A stretch of DNA of 64,000 nucleotides from an uncultured Thermococci archaeon (GCA_964549615.1 CAZJVP010000048.1:1-64000); one strand, 5' to 3'; positions 21,256 to 31,468 are shown, counted from the stretch's first letter. Numbers and translations: made by a program. The notes: generated by a model not told the origin, from the letters alone.

Positions 21256-21496
21256 CCCGGTGGAACCCAGGCATAGTGCTCGATTGCCAGCACTCAATCC
21301 GCCAAGCTGTGCCCACGTCGATAGACGGTCTTGCTTTCTGCCTCAGGTCGGGCGATCCGGGAGGCAAGCAAGGAGTCAGGAAGGTTACGCAGCCTTCTCA
21401 GCAAGCAGAAGGATCTGGCCGACCTGCCGTGTCATGCGCATCGTCCTTTCCGATACGAAGATTGGATGTGGGGTGGGATTCGCCCCGCACAGTGAA

Positions 21497-21587
21497 TGGG
21501 CCCGGCGGGATTCGAACCCGCGACTTGAGGCTTAGAAGGCATGCGGGCCAAGGGCTCCCCGCCCCATCCTAGCTAGGCCACGGGCCC
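21497..21587 (-). tRNA. tRNA-Arg(TCT) with a 16-nt intron at position 29/30 (intron 21541-21556)
   Basis: Acceptor stem GGGCCCG/CGGGCCC, D-stem GCCT/GGGC, T-loop TTCGAAT; anticodon stem GGGGC/GCCTC with loop CTTCTAA forms after intron removal; BHB motif; TTTTAAT upstream. Confidence 0.93.
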
Positions 21588-21865
21588 CCCTTGCTGGGGC
21601 CGATCTCATTAAAAATCGTTCTCTGATCGGACGAGGCCCGGCGCAACCAGAAGGATGGTTCTGTGCGAAGCGGGGGCCAAGAAGCGGAAATCCGATCCAA
21701 GAACCGTGCCGGACGGTCAGCAGAGGTCCGCTGAACAAACATTTTTATGGTGCTTGCCGGGACGCTGGCCAAAGAGGCCTGGGTCCGCTCCTGGACCACG
21801 GCCGTGCTCTGCTTTTCCCACCTAGATGTGAGAAAGCGGTGAAGGCGATCTAGAGGAGGAGTGAC

Positions 21866-22984
21866 ATGGCAAAAGTGAGTCTGAGCGTGATCAAAGCTGA
21901 CGTTGGGAGTTTGGCGGGACACACCGTCGTCCCCAACGAGTTGAAGGAGATAGCGAGGAAGAGCCTCTCCGAGGCCAAGAAGAGCGGCCTCATCAAGGAC
22001 TTCTACGTTGCCAACTGCGGGGATGACCTTGAGCTCATCATGGCCCACAACAAGGGCACTGACAATGCGGAGATCCACGGACTAGCGTGGAAGACCTTCG
22101 AGAAGGCGGCTGACAAGGCCAAGGAGATGATGCTCTACGGCGCGGGCCAGGACCTACTGTCGGACGCATTCTCGGGGAACGTCCGGGGGATGGGGCCAGG
22201 GATCGCGGAGATGGAGTTCACGCAGCGCAAGGCCGAGCCCCTCGTAGTCTTCATGATGGACAAAACGGAGCCCGGCGCGTTCAACCTTCCCATCTTCAAA
22301 ATCTTCGCCGACCCGTTCACAAACGCGGGCCTCGTCATCGATCCCAACGCGCATGCCGGCTTCAGGTTCGAGATCTGGGACATCCTGGAACACAAGAAGG
22401 TGATGATGAGCTGCCCTGAGGAGATGTACGACATGCTCGCCCTGATCGGCGCAAAGGGCAGGTACGTCATCAAGAGGGTCTATCCCAAGAAGGAGCACCC
22501 CAAGCTGCCACCCGAGGAACCCGTCGCGGTCGTCAGCACGGAGAAGCTGTTCCAGATAGCGGGCGAGTACGTCGGAAAGGACGATCCCTGCGGGATAGTG
22601 CGGGCCCAGTCCGGCCTTCCCTCAACGGGCGAGGTTCTCGAGGGATTCGCGTTCCCGCACTTGGTGTCGGGATGGATGCGCGGTAGCCACAACGGGCCAC
22701 TCATGCCCTGCGCCGAGAAGGACGCGGTGTGTTCAAGGTTCGACGGCCCGCCAAGGCTGGTTGGCCTTGGCTTCAACCTGGCGAACGGCATCCTACACGG
22801 ACCCATGGACATGTTCGCAGATCCGGTCTGGGACTACCAGAGAATGGAGGCCGCGAAGATAGCGGACTACATGAGGAGGCATGGGCCATTCGAGCCCCAC
22901 AGGCTGCCTCTTGAGGACATGGAGTACACGACCTTGCCGAAGGTCCTCAAGAACCTCTCCGGGCGGTTCGAGCCCGTCGAGTAG
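21866..22984 (+). CDS. fbp: Bifunctional fructose-1,6-bisphosphate aldolase/phosphatase (class V FBPase)
   Basis: SVIKADVGS, CGDD, LYGAGQDLL, YVGKDDP, GWMRGSH, RRHGPFEPHRL. Confidence 0.97.
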   Translation: MAKVSLSVIKADVGSLAGHTVVPNELKEIARKSLSEAKKSGLIKDFYVANCGDDLELIMAHNKGTDNAEIHGLAWKTFEKAADKAKEMMLYGAGQDLLSDAFSGNVRGMGPGIAEMEFTQRKAEPLVVFMMDKTEPGAFNLPIFKIFADPFTNAGLVIDPNAHAGFRFEIWDILEHKKVMMSCPEEMYDMLALIGAKGRYVIKRVYPKKEHPKLPPEEPVAVVSTEKLFQIAGEYVGKDDPCGIVRAQSGLPSTGEVLEGFAFPHLVSGWMRGSHNGPLMPCAEKDAVCSRFDGPPRLVGLGFNLANGILHGPMDMFADPVWDYQRMEAAKIADYMRRHGPFEPHRLPLEDMEYTTLPKVLKNLSGRFEPVE

Positions 22985-23001
22985 TGGGCGGGGGCTGGGC
23001 A

Positions 23002-23676
23002 TTGAAGATCAGGACGCCCGTTATCGTGCTCAACGTGAAGGCTTATGCCGAATCCTCGGGCGAGAGGGGCGTAGCGCTTCTCAAGGCGTGCGAGGAAGCA
23101 TCCGAAGAGACTGGCGCGTCCATAGTGATCTGCCCCCAGCAGGTCCAGCTGGCCCTCATCGCCAAGCAGTCGAGGATCCCGGTCTTCGCGCAAAGCGTCG
23201 ATGCCCTCGACCCGGGCAGCCAGACGGGCTGGGTAACGCTTCAGTCCATAAAGGCGGTGGGCGCGGCCGGAACGCTAGTCAACCACTCGGAGCACAGGCT
23301 AAAACTGGCGGAGATCGAGTGGATCGTCTCCAAGGCAAGGGAGATGGACCTCGTCACCTGCGTGTGCACCAACAATGTCCCGGTCAGCATGGCAGCGGCT
23401 GCGGTGTCGCCCGACTTCGTCGCGGTGGAGCCCCCGGAGCTGATCGGATCGGGCATCGCGGTCTCCAGGGCTGACCCTCAGATCGTGCGCAACAGCGTCG
23501 ACGCCGTCAAGAAGGTCAACAGAAAGGTCACCGTTCTTTGCGGCGCCGGGATAACCACAGGCGACGACGTCAAGGCCGCGATCGAGCTGGGCTCGGAGGG
23601 AGTACTCCTCGCCTCCGGAGTGGTCAAGGCCAAGAATCCCAAGGCCGCGATCCTGGATCTCTGCAAGGGCGTGTAG
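23002..23676 (+). CDS. tpiA: Triosephosphate isomerase, archaeal type
   Basis: LNVKAY, NHSEH, AVEPPELIGSG, LCGAGI, GVLLASG; start refined to TTG 23002. Confidence 0.96.
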   Translation: MKIRTPVIVLNVKAYAESSGERGVALLKACEEASEETGASIVICPQQVQLALIAKQSRIPVFAQSVDALDPGSQTGWVTLQSIKAVGAAGTLVNHSEHRLKLAEIEWIVSKAREMDLVTCVCTNNVPVSMAAAAVSPDFVAVEPPELIGSGIAVSRADPQIVRNSVDAVKKVNRKVTVLCGAGITTGDDVKAAIELGSEGVLLASGVVKAKNPKAAILDLCKGV

Positions 23677-23742
23677 TCCGGCCCTTGCAATCGCTGCGAA
23701 AAATAGATCAAGTCAGCGGGAGCTCGGCCGGCCGGTGAGCGA

Positions 23743-24753
23743 ATGGGCCTAGATGTGATCTCGCTCGGGGAGGCCTTGATCGACTTCATCTCCCTTAAGC
23801 CCGGAGTGTCTCTCGAGGACGCGCCCGGATTCGAGAAGTGCCCTGGGGGAGCACCGGCCAACTTCGCCGTGGCCTGCGCCAGACTCGGGCTTTCGACTGG
23901 CTTCATAGGCAAGGTTGGCGACGATGCGTTCGGACGATTCCTGGCGGCCACGCTCGCAAGCAACGGGGTCGATGTCTCGCAGGTGAAGTATTCCGAACAC
24001 AGGACCGCGCTGGCGTTCGTGTCCATTGCCAAGAACGGCGAGAGGCATTTCATGTTCTACCGCCGCCCCTGCGCGGACCTGATGCTTGAGGAAAGGGAGA
24101 TCGACCCGGGCTACATCTCGGGCGCAAAGATCCTGCACTTCGGAACGGTCAGCCTTTCCGAGAGCCCTGCCAGGGAGGCAACCATGAAGGCCGTGCAATG
24201 CGCGAGGGAGGCCGGCGTGCAGGTATCCTTCGACCCCAACATCAGGTTCCATCTCTGGGCCAAAGAACCGGATGAGATAAGAGAGGACGTCATCTCGGTC
24301 ACAAGAACGTGCGACATATTCCTGCCCTCGGAGGAGGAGGCGCGGTTTTTGTCGGGGATGGATGTCCGGGCCTCGATTGACGAGTTTCTTTCATGGGGTC
24401 CGAAAACGATCGCCATCAAGCTCGGCGAACGCGGGTGCGTTGTTGGGGACAAAACCAAGACCGCAGAGGTCCCCGGAATAAAGGCTAGGGCCGTCGACAC
24501 AACCGGTGCGGGCGACGGATTCGATGCTGGCTTCATCTTCGGGCTCCTTCAGGGACATGGACTTGAGCGAGCCGCGCTCTACGCTAACGCGGTCGGAAGC
24601 CTCGTCGTGCGAAAGAGGGGTGCTATGACGTCGCTGCCCTCCAGGCGCGAGGTTGAGCGGCTTGTCAGCAAGGTGCTTGCCCGGAGTCAGAGCCGATCAC
24701 ACCACACTGCAAAACGGAGGGCGCACCGACGCACCAAGAAACCTACCGGATGA
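23743..24753 (+). CDS. PfkB family carbohydrate kinase (fructokinase-like)
   Basis: GEALIDF, GGAPANFA, FDPNIR, DTTGAGDGF. Confidence 0.92.
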   Translation: MGLDVISLGEALIDFISLKPGVSLEDAPGFEKCPGGAPANFAVACARLGLSTGFIGKVGDDAFGRFLAATLASNGVDVSQVKYSEHRTALAFVSIAKNGERHFMFYRRPCADLMLEEREIDPGYISGAKILHFGTVSLSESPAREATMKAVQCAREAGVQVSFDPNIRFHLWAKEPDEIREDVISVTRTCDIFLPSEEEARFLSGMDVRASIDEFLSWGPKTIAIKLGERGCVVGDKTKTAEVPGIKARAVDTTGAGDGFDAGFIFGLLQGHGLERAALYANAVGSLVVRKRGAMTSLPSRREVERLVSKVLARSQSRSHHTAKRRAHRRTKKPTG

Positions 24754-25036
24754 AGCCCTTCGGGCCGGCGTCCAAGCGGGGTCCTGCGTCCTGAAAGGGA
24801 GGAGCGGGAAGCCGGAGACTTTCAGCGCAGTCCCGCTCGGCTACGCAGATATGCGCGTTGACGCATAGCTCGGCGCAACCATCAGGGCCGGGAAGAAGGC
24901 AAGACCCAGTCACGCCACACCAGCCCACACGGAGATGCCGCCGAGAAATGTGCCCTCATCGCCTGGGATCCATCTCATGGGACGCTAAGAAGCCCCGGTA
25001 GTGGAGAAATCGGTCGGCCAAATGTACAAACCGCAT

Positions 25037-25420
25037 CTACACGTAGTCCACAAGAAATGAGCTTCGCTCGACACATTCTCTGTGCCTGACGAGCATCTGC
25101 TCGATGGCTTGCCTGAGCGAGTCCCTTCCGACCAAGCCGACCAACGATCCTATTGGCCTTCCCTCGCAGTAGAACACGAGCGTCGGAGTCGAGAACACCC
25201 CGTTCGTGGCCGCAATGACCTTGTTCTCGGCGCTCTCCAAGATGTTCAGCCTGGCGAACTTGACCTTTCCCCGGAACTCTTCCGAGATCTCATCGAGTAT
25301 CGGCTCAAGCATCCTGCACCAGGGACATGCCTGATGCCAGAACTCGACCAACACCAGATCCTTCGAGGCCGCGACCCGATCTCTCCAGTTTCCCGCGTCC
25401 ACATCCATAACGGCACTCAA
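25037..25420 (-). CDS. Thioredoxin family protein
   Basis: VLVEFWHQACPWC active site and STPT cis-Pro motif. Confidence 0.88.
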   Translation of the reverse strand: MSAVMDVDAGNWRDRVAASKDLVLVEFWHQACPWCRMLEPILDEISEEFRGKVKFARLNILESAENKVIAATNGVFSTPTLVFYCEGRPIGSLVGLVGRDSLRQAIEQMLVRHRECVERSSFLVDYV

Positions 25421-25432
25421 GCCTGCTCTCCC

Positions 25433-25978
25433 CTATCTGGCTTCCGCCTCCCTTATGGACCTTGGCCTGAACTGGGTCACGCCCTCGGGGCTAGAGTAGT
25501 CCGGAATCATAAACGAGTCCCACTTCCCCTTGAGCTCCACCTCTTTCCCGACGAACTTGTCGAGCACTTTAGCCGACTGCCATGCCTCGGTTCCCGACGA
25601 GAGGATCACGTAATACTTGGTCCCGTTCATCTCGAAGCTGGGCCGAACGTCCGACTCGCCAAGGCGTATGCGGTGGGTCCACCCCTTCTTGTAGAAGTTG
25701 AGGTACTGGCCTTGAAGGCCCTCTTTGCTGATGCGGTCGACCTCGTCCTCCGAGATGAATGTGGGGTCGCCCTCCTTTGGCACCGCGAGGACCACCATGT
25801 CGTTCGCCTCTAGGATTCCCCGCACGATCTCCTCCTGTCCCGGGAGCTGGTCGTACAGATAGACGGCCCGCGGAACCTGGATCCAGCCGGCGTCCCTTCC
25901 GCTGCCCACAATCACGTAGGCCGCGACGCCAACTCCGACCGCCACCGCCAAGACGATGTAGGGCGCCAGTCTCGACAC
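25433..25978 (-). CDS. Hypothetical membrane-anchored protein
   Basis: N-terminal TM; co-oriented between the nfn genes and thioredoxin. Confidence 0.65.
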   Translation of the reverse strand: MSRLAPYIVLAVAVGVGVAAYVIVGSGRDAGWIQVPRAVYLYDQLPGQEEIVRGILEANDMVVLAVPKEGDPTFISEDEVDRISKEGLQGQYLNFYKKGWTHRIRLGESDVRPSFEMNGTKYYVILSSGTEAWQSAKVLDKFVGKEVELKGKWDSFMIPDYSSPEGVTQFRPRSIREAEAR

Positions 25979-26012
25979 GGAAATCTCTCGCGGCGGTCGC
26001 TGATATTTCCTT

Positions 26013-27416
26013 CTAGCCCGCGGAGAGGTATTCGTGGATCGCCTTTGCCGCTAGCCGCCCTGCGCCCATCGCAGCTATCACCGTGGCCTCACCGGTCACG
26101 ATGTCCCCGCCCGCATATACGCCCTTCTTGGAGGTCTTTCCGGTCGTGGGGTCGGCAACGAAGTACCCCCACTCGTTCACCTTCAGGTCCTTTGTCGTTG
26201 AGGAGATGAGGGGGTTGGGCCCCTGCCCTATGGCCACCACGACCGTGTCGATTTCCTTCTCGAACTCGGATCCCGGGACCGGCACCGGCCTCCGCCGGCC
26301 GGAGCTGTCGGGCTCTCCAAGCTGCATCCTCTGGCACCTCATCGCCCTCAGCCGCCCCTGGCCATCGCCGAGATAGGCGACGGGCACAGTGAGGAACTCG
26401 AACTTCACCCCTTCCTCTTCGGCGTTCTCAACCTCCTCCCGCCTCGCAGGCATCTCGGCCCTGGAGCGCCGATAGACGACGGTGACCTCCTTTGCCCCGT
26501 AGCGCAGGGCGCTTCTCGCCGCGTCCATGGTCACGTTGCCCCCACCTATCACCGCGACCCTCCTGCCCACCTTTATCGGAGTGTGGTACTCAGGAAACCG
26601 ATATGCCTTCATGAGGTTGGTTCTCGTGAGAAATTCGTTGGCCGAGTACACGCCGCAGAGGTTTTCGCCCGGTATCCCCATGAACTTCGGCAGCCCCGCG
26701 CCGCTCCCGATGAAGACGGCGTCGTAGCCGGAGCTAAGAAGCTCGTCTATGGATGCCGTTCGGCCGACGATGAAATTCGTTCTGATCTCAACGCCGAGAG
26801 CCTTGAGCGTATCGATCTCCCTCTGCACTATGGCCTTGGGAAGCCGAAACTCCGGTATGCCGTACACCAAGACCCCACCTGGCTTGTGAAGGGCCTCGAA
26901 GATGGTGACCTTGTGGCCCAGCCGGGCAAGGTCGCCGGCGACGGTAAGGCCGGCCGGCCCCGATCCGATGACAGCCACCCTCTTCCCCGTGGGAGCCGCG
27001 ACGCTGGGAATGAAGACGTTCGATGAGCGAGCCTCCCAGTCGGCCGCGAACCTCTCCAACCTGCCGATGGCCACCGGTTCGCCGTGCCTGCCGAGCACGC
27101 ATGCCTCCTCGCACTGCGTTTCCTGGGGACATACCCGGCCGCAGATCGCGGGGAAGACGTTGTCCCTCTTGATCCGGACGACAGCGCCCTGAAAGTCCCC
27201 TTTGGCGATCAGGCCTATGAAACCCGGGATGTCTATCTGGACCGGACACCCGGAGACGCAGCGCGGCTTCTTGCACTGAAGGCATCTGCTTGCCTCGGCG
27301 ACGGCTTGCTCGGGCCCGTAGCCCAGGGCGACCTCGTCGAAGTTACCCGTTCGTCTCGTCGGGTCTTGCTTGGGCATGGGTGTCTTCGTCTTGCTCGGAA
27401 CAGGCATCCTCAGCAC
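26013..27416 (-). CDS. nfnB: NfnB/SudA (GltD-like) large subunit of NADH-dependent reduced ferredoxin:NADP oxidoreductase
   Basis: RCLQC..CVSGCP, CGRVCPQETQCE, GSGPAG, GGGNV, GGDIVTG; paired with nfnA. Confidence 0.9.
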   Translation of the reverse strand: MLRMPVPSKTKTPMPKQDPTRRTGNFDEVALGYGPEQAVAEASRCLQCKKPRCVSGCPVQIDIPGFIGLIAKGDFQGAVVRIKRDNVFPAICGRVCPQETQCEEACVLGRHGEPVAIGRLERFAADWEARSSNVFIPSVAAPTGKRVAVIGSGPAGLTVAGDLARLGHKVTIFEALHKPGGVLVYGIPEFRLPKAIVQREIDTLKALGVEIRTNFIVGRTASIDELLSSGYDAVFIGSGAGLPKFMGIPGENLCGVYSANEFLTRTNLMKAYRFPEYHTPIKVGRRVAVIGGGNVTMDAARSALRYGAKEVTVVYRRSRAEMPARREEVENAEEEGVKFEFLTVPVAYLGDGQGRLRAMRCQRMQLGEPDSSGRRRPVPVPGSEFEKEIDTVVVAIGQGPNPLISSTTKDLKVNEWGYFVADPTTGKTSKKGVYAGGDIVTGEATVIAAMGAGRLAAKAIHEYLSAG

Positions 27417-28234
27417 CTGCTGCGTGCCTCAAGCGCGCACCTCTCCTCCTCAAGATAGAAACTCTGCCTCTTCAGCAGAAGGTCGAAATCGACTTGGTGG
27501 GCATCGAACTCGGGACCGTCCACGCACGCGAACTTCGTTTTCCCGCCCACCTCCACCCTGCACCCACCGCACATCCCCGTCGCATCGACCATGATGGGGT
27601 TGAGGCTTACGACGGTCCGGATGGAGTGGGGGCGTGTGGTGTTGGCGACTGCCCTCATCATGACGGCGGGGCCGACCGCGTACACGTAGTCTATCTTCCT
27701 CCCCGACGAGATCAGGTCCTGAAGGACCGTGGTGACGAAACCCTTCCTCCCGTAGGTTCCGTCATCGGTCGTGATGTACAGCTCGTCCGATATCCTTCGG
27801 AAATCGTCTTCCAGTATCACCAGATCCTTGGTCCTTGCGCCGACTATGGAGATCACGTAATTGCCCGCTTGCTTAAGCGCTCGGGCCACCGGAAGGACGC
27901 AGGCTGACCCGATGCCCCCGCCGACCACGACGCACGCTCCGTACCGTTCGATCTCCGATGGTCTGCCGAGCGGCCCGGCCACATCAAGCAGCCTGTCTCC
28001 CTCAGCCAGGCTGCCCAAGAGCATCGTGGTCTTACCGATCTCCAGGAACACTAGCGTGATGGTGCCCTTATCCGGATCGGCATCCTGAATGGTCAGGGGT
28101 ATTCGCTCGCCCTGCTCGTTGATCCTTATGATGACGAACTGGCCCGGAAGGGCTTTGCGAGCTATCTCGGGCGCGTCGACTTCGATCCTCTTTATCTTGT
28201 CTGCTAGGATGGTCTTCTTGACTATCGCGTTCAT
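27410..28234 (-). CDS. nfnA: NfnA/SudB small subunit (FAD, 2Fe-2S)
   Basis: GERIPLT, GGGIG, MVDATGMCGGCRV, ACVDGPEFD. Confidence 0.92.
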   Translation of the reverse strand: MNAIVKKTILADKIKRIEVDAPEIARKALPGQFVIIRINEQGERIPLTIQDADPDKGTITLVFLEIGKTTMLLGSLAEGDRLLDVAGPLGRPSEIERYGACVVVGGGIGSACVLPVARALKQAGNYVISIVGARTKDLVILEDDFRRISDELYITTDDGTYGRKGFVTTVLQDLISSGRKIDYVYAVGPAVMMRAVANTTRPHSIRTVVSLNPIMVDATGMCGGCRVEVGGKTKFACVDGPEFDAHQVDFDLLLKRQSFYLEEERCALEARSRC

Positions 28235-28612
28235 GGCGCCCAGCCGGAAACAACGGAGTTGATAAGTATTCTACCGTGGCGGATCTGTGCGCCACTTGCC
28301 GCAGGGCCGAATCCTGAAGTCGCAGCCCGACCCCAGCGGACCCGAAGCGGAGGGGCCTCACAGCGGACCCCAATCTGGTCAAGCCGTAGAGGAAACTGCG
28401 ATCCAAGGCGCGGGCCGAGCTTGAAGCTTTTCATGCACGGGCGGACCCGCACCGGACGACATCACGGCTCGGCAGCCCCGGGTGCTAGTGACAGCGCGAT
28501 CTCACGGGCTGCTCGCAGGACCGAAGGAGTTCGGTGAGGATCAGAGAAGCACTGCCGCAGGGCCCTCTCGCAAGTTTCCGGAGGGAAGCGAACGGGGGTC
28601 TCATGGCCGGAG

Positions 28613-29068
28613 CTAGTCCTTGAGCAGTTCGATCGCTTCTTGGATCGCGAACTTCACCCTCTCCGTGCAGGCGAAGTCGTGCACGCTTCGGCAGTACTCC
28701 TTCAGACCCTCCGGCGTCTTGATGTCCAGCTTGGTGAGCTCCCGACAGGTGACCGCGCCCCACCGCCTCCTGAAGTCCTGTATGAACTTGTCGACCCTTT
28801 GCCATGTCGCCTGGGGGCTCTGCAGATTATCCGTCCTGCCGTACTTCAGGCCGATGGCCATTGCCGCCCCCGATATGGTGCCGCAGGTGAGCCCGTTCAC
28901 GGAGAACCCAGCACCGACCCCCGTGGCCATATTCGGGATCAGGTCGGAGTCGACCCCGGTACTCGCTAACCGCAAGCAGCACGCTCTCGCATCAGTTATA
29001 CGGCCGGCCCTGCGGAAAGTTGGGGGCCGGTCACAGAAGTATCCTGCTGCCTTCTCCGGCAATTCCAC
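28613..29068 (-). CDS. C_GCAxxG_C_C family redox protein with an internally frameshifted, UGA-containing segment
   Basis: GLTCGTISG, VTCREL, ACTERV; the N-terminal YN*CESVLLAVSE consensus is found only in the -1 frame. Confidence 0.75.
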   Translation of the reverse strand: MELPEKAAGYFCDRPPTFRRAGRITDARACCLRLASTGVDSDLIPNMATGVGAGFSVNGLTCGTISGAAMAIGLKYGRTDNLQSPQATWQRVDKFIQDFRRRWGAVTCRELTKLDIKTPEGLKEYCRSVHDFACTERVKFAIQEAIELLKD

Positions 29069-30024
29069 GACGGTGGTCGCGCCAATTCTTCCGGCTGCCC
29101 TTGTGCGTGGTCCCTAACTGATGGCCCTGGTCCCCCCTGATGAGGTCCCTGTGCACACTTCGACACGTCGGACTACGGGCACCAGGGCGTTGAGCAACGA
29201 GGAGAAAGCGCCGCAGCCCCGACGGTGGCCCGGCGGAGAACATCCGCTTCAAGGCGCTCGGGGGAGGGGTTGCTCACTCACTCCGCAGCAAGTTGAAGGA
29301 CCACCGGGTCCCGCAGGACTGTGAGGCGTGCTGAAGACAAGGATTTTCGTCCATGATGCACAAGATGCTTCATTGAGCGTCGGCGACGACCCTAGCGCAG
29401 AATCCGGCCTGAACTGGGAGCCGACGACAGCGAAGTGAGCGGCTGCCCCTCAAGCCGGATTGCATCTTGCTTTGGGCTAGGAAATGGATGACGATTCGGA
29501 ACCTCTGCCGAAGTGTGATGATAGCCCGGCTCGGATTCGAACTCCCCAGAAGCGTCAAAACAAGCTTCTTCCGAGGTCTCGGGCTCTCCCTCGGCCGATG
29601 GCCGACCAAAGGCCCGAATGATTGACCGCTACACTCGGCGGAGGCATCATCCTCCTCCACCGGGCTTTCCGGGCTGACAGGCCCAGGACAAAGATTCTAA
29701 TAAATCTCTCATCCGATGCCCTGCTCCTTTCGGTACCCGATCTTCACTCATTGCCTTGAACCTTGAGGCGAGTGCGAGCGGGAGGCGGGACTGACTCTTG
29801 GATTGGCCCGATCGCAGGACCCTTGATCCGGAGTCCTGATCAGGAGTCTGGACCTCCACATCCTGTCTCTCTGGCGTTCCTTGAGCCGGATCTCGGTTCC
29901 TGGGACAAGCAGACTGAGTCGCACGTTGGCTATGGATCAGCACAGCGTCGATTATCCCCTCTTGGAAGGATTGCGGCGTGGTCTGGAAATCAATAAATAC
30001 CGAAGTCAATCGATAGCTAGCGAA

Positions 30025-31089
30025 TTGGGCGACCAAGCGGGGAAGGGCGAGGGAATCCAGAAGAGCAAGCTGTACGAGATGCTCATGGAAAAGAAGGGCT
30101 ACACTGCCGATCAGCTGATGCAGGAGATCGAGAAGAAGAGAGCCGAATACGACATGCTGACCGACGAGGGGGCCCTCGTGCTCATCGCCAACGAGGCGGG
30201 GATAGTCCTAGAAGAGCCGGCCAAGATCTCCACCATGAAGATAGCCGACCTCAAGCCCGGCATGCAGGACCTCGACATCGTGGGGCGGGTGGTGCGCATA
30301 ACGCCGCCTAGAGACTTCACCCGCAGGGACGGGTCGACGGGATACGTCTGCAGCCTCATCCTCTCCGACAACACCGCCTCGGTGAGGCTCACGCTCTGGG
30401 ATCAGGAATGCAGGCTGCTTGAGGACATCAAGGAAAACGACATCCTCAGGGTGGTCGGCGGGGTCTGTCGATCGGGCCCGCGCGGAGTTGAGATCCACAC
30501 CGGGCGAAGAGCCAGGTTCGCTCTCAACCCCTCCGCATCCGAGGATCCCCGCGTGCAGAACCTCGGCGAAGTCGTCCCGCCGACGGAGCCCCCGGCGCTG
30601 AGGAAGAGGATCGCTGAGCTTGATGAGGGGGATGCCAACATCGAGATCAGGGCGACCATCGTCAGGTTCTACCGCGTCTGGACCTACGACGCCTGCCCAA
30701 CCTGCGGGCGCAAGGTGTCCGAAAGCCGCTGCCAGATCTGCGGTGACGTGGAGGCAGTGCCGAGGGCGATCTTGGACGTGGGATTGGATGACTCATCGGG
30801 CTTCATTAGGGCGAAACTCTTTGGCCAGACGGCGGAGGAGCTGCTCGGCTCGACGGCTATGGAGATTCGACGCGGCATCGAAATGCTGCTTGGAAAGGGG
30901 ATGGAACCGAGGCGGGCGTCGGAAGAGTATCTAAGCCGAAACCATTCCGATGCCCTCGGTCGCGAAGTCGTGTTACGAGGCAGAGTGGCGGTAGACGAAT
31001 ACCGGGGCCTGATGCTTTCGGTTGAGTCCATCCGAGATGCTGATCCGGTGGAGGAGGCGAAACTCATTCTCAAGGAGGTGGGCCTCTAG
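30025..31089 (+). CDS. Replication protein A large subunit (RPA1/RPA41-like; OB folds plus Zn finger)
   Basis: KIADLKPG..DIVGRV, LSDNTASVRLTLW, YDACPTC...CQIC, LDDSSG; TTG 30025 lies about 27 nt after AATAAATA. Confidence 0.88.
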   Translation: MGDQAGKGEGIQKSKLYEMLMEKKGYTADQLMQEIEKKRAEYDMLTDEGALVLIANEAGIVLEEPAKISTMKIADLKPGMQDLDIVGRVVRITPPRDFTRRDGSTGYVCSLILSDNTASVRLTLWDQECRLLEDIKENDILRVVGGVCRSGPRGVEIHTGRRARFALNPSASEDPRVQNLGEVVPPTEPPALRKRIAELDEGDANIEIRATIVRFYRVWTYDACPTCGRKVSESRCQICGDVEAVPRAILDVGLDDSSGFIRAKLFGQTAEELLGSTAMEIRRGIEMLLGKGMEPRRASEEYLSRNHSDALGREVVLRGRVAVDEYRGLMLSVESIRDADPVEEAKLILKEVGL

Positions 31090-31090
31090 C

Positions 31091-31468
31091 ATGCAGGAAC
31101 AACCCGGAGCCCAGACATCATCTGAACAGGGATCGGAGTTCGAGGAGTTCGCCCGAGAGAAGCGGGTCGGCGAGATCACTGGCGCCGAGCCATGGATCAG
31201 CCTAATAGGCACCGTCATCTCGAGAAACACTGCGGACTCCTCGATGGTCCTCGATGACGGAACCGGACAGATAACCGTGAAAGCAGCAAAACTACCCGAG
31301 CCTGGAAGTCTCGTTAGGGTCGTTGGCAGGGCATTTACTTCAGCCGGCAGGGTGGCGATCGATGGGGTGATCGTGCAGGATTTTTCGTGCTTTGATGTGA
31401 ATCTCTATAGAAAGGTCCTTGATCTGGAGGAGAGGGCATACAGTCCAGAAGGCGACTTCCATCCGTGA
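31091..31468 (+). CDS. RPA small subunit (RPA3/RPA14-like single OB fold)
   Basis: ISLIGTV, VLDDGTG, VRVVGR; lies between RPA1 and RPA2. Confidence 0.8.
   Translation: MQEQPGAQTSSEQGSEFEEFAREKRVGEITGAEPWISLIGTVISRNTADSSMVLDDGTGQITVKAAKLPEPGSLVRVVGRAFTSAGRVAIDGVIVQDFSCFDVNLYRKVLDLEERAYSPEGDFHP

Noticed and set aside
21460-21500. Integrated element at the tRNA-Arg 3' end
   Set aside because: No duplicated tRNA 3' end or integrase was seen in the window; only a GC hairpin follows the tRNA.
28385-28400. GAGGAAACT resembling the RNase P RNA P4 5' strand
   Set aside because: It is not followed by CC and no matching 3' conserved region was found.
29135-29210. CTGATGA...GAAA possible hammerhead ribozyme
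   Set aside because: Stems I-III could not be built around the core.
29881-30060. Long N-terminal extension or ATC start for RPA1
   Set aside because: An in-frame TTG at 30025 at the expected distance from a TATA box explains the start.
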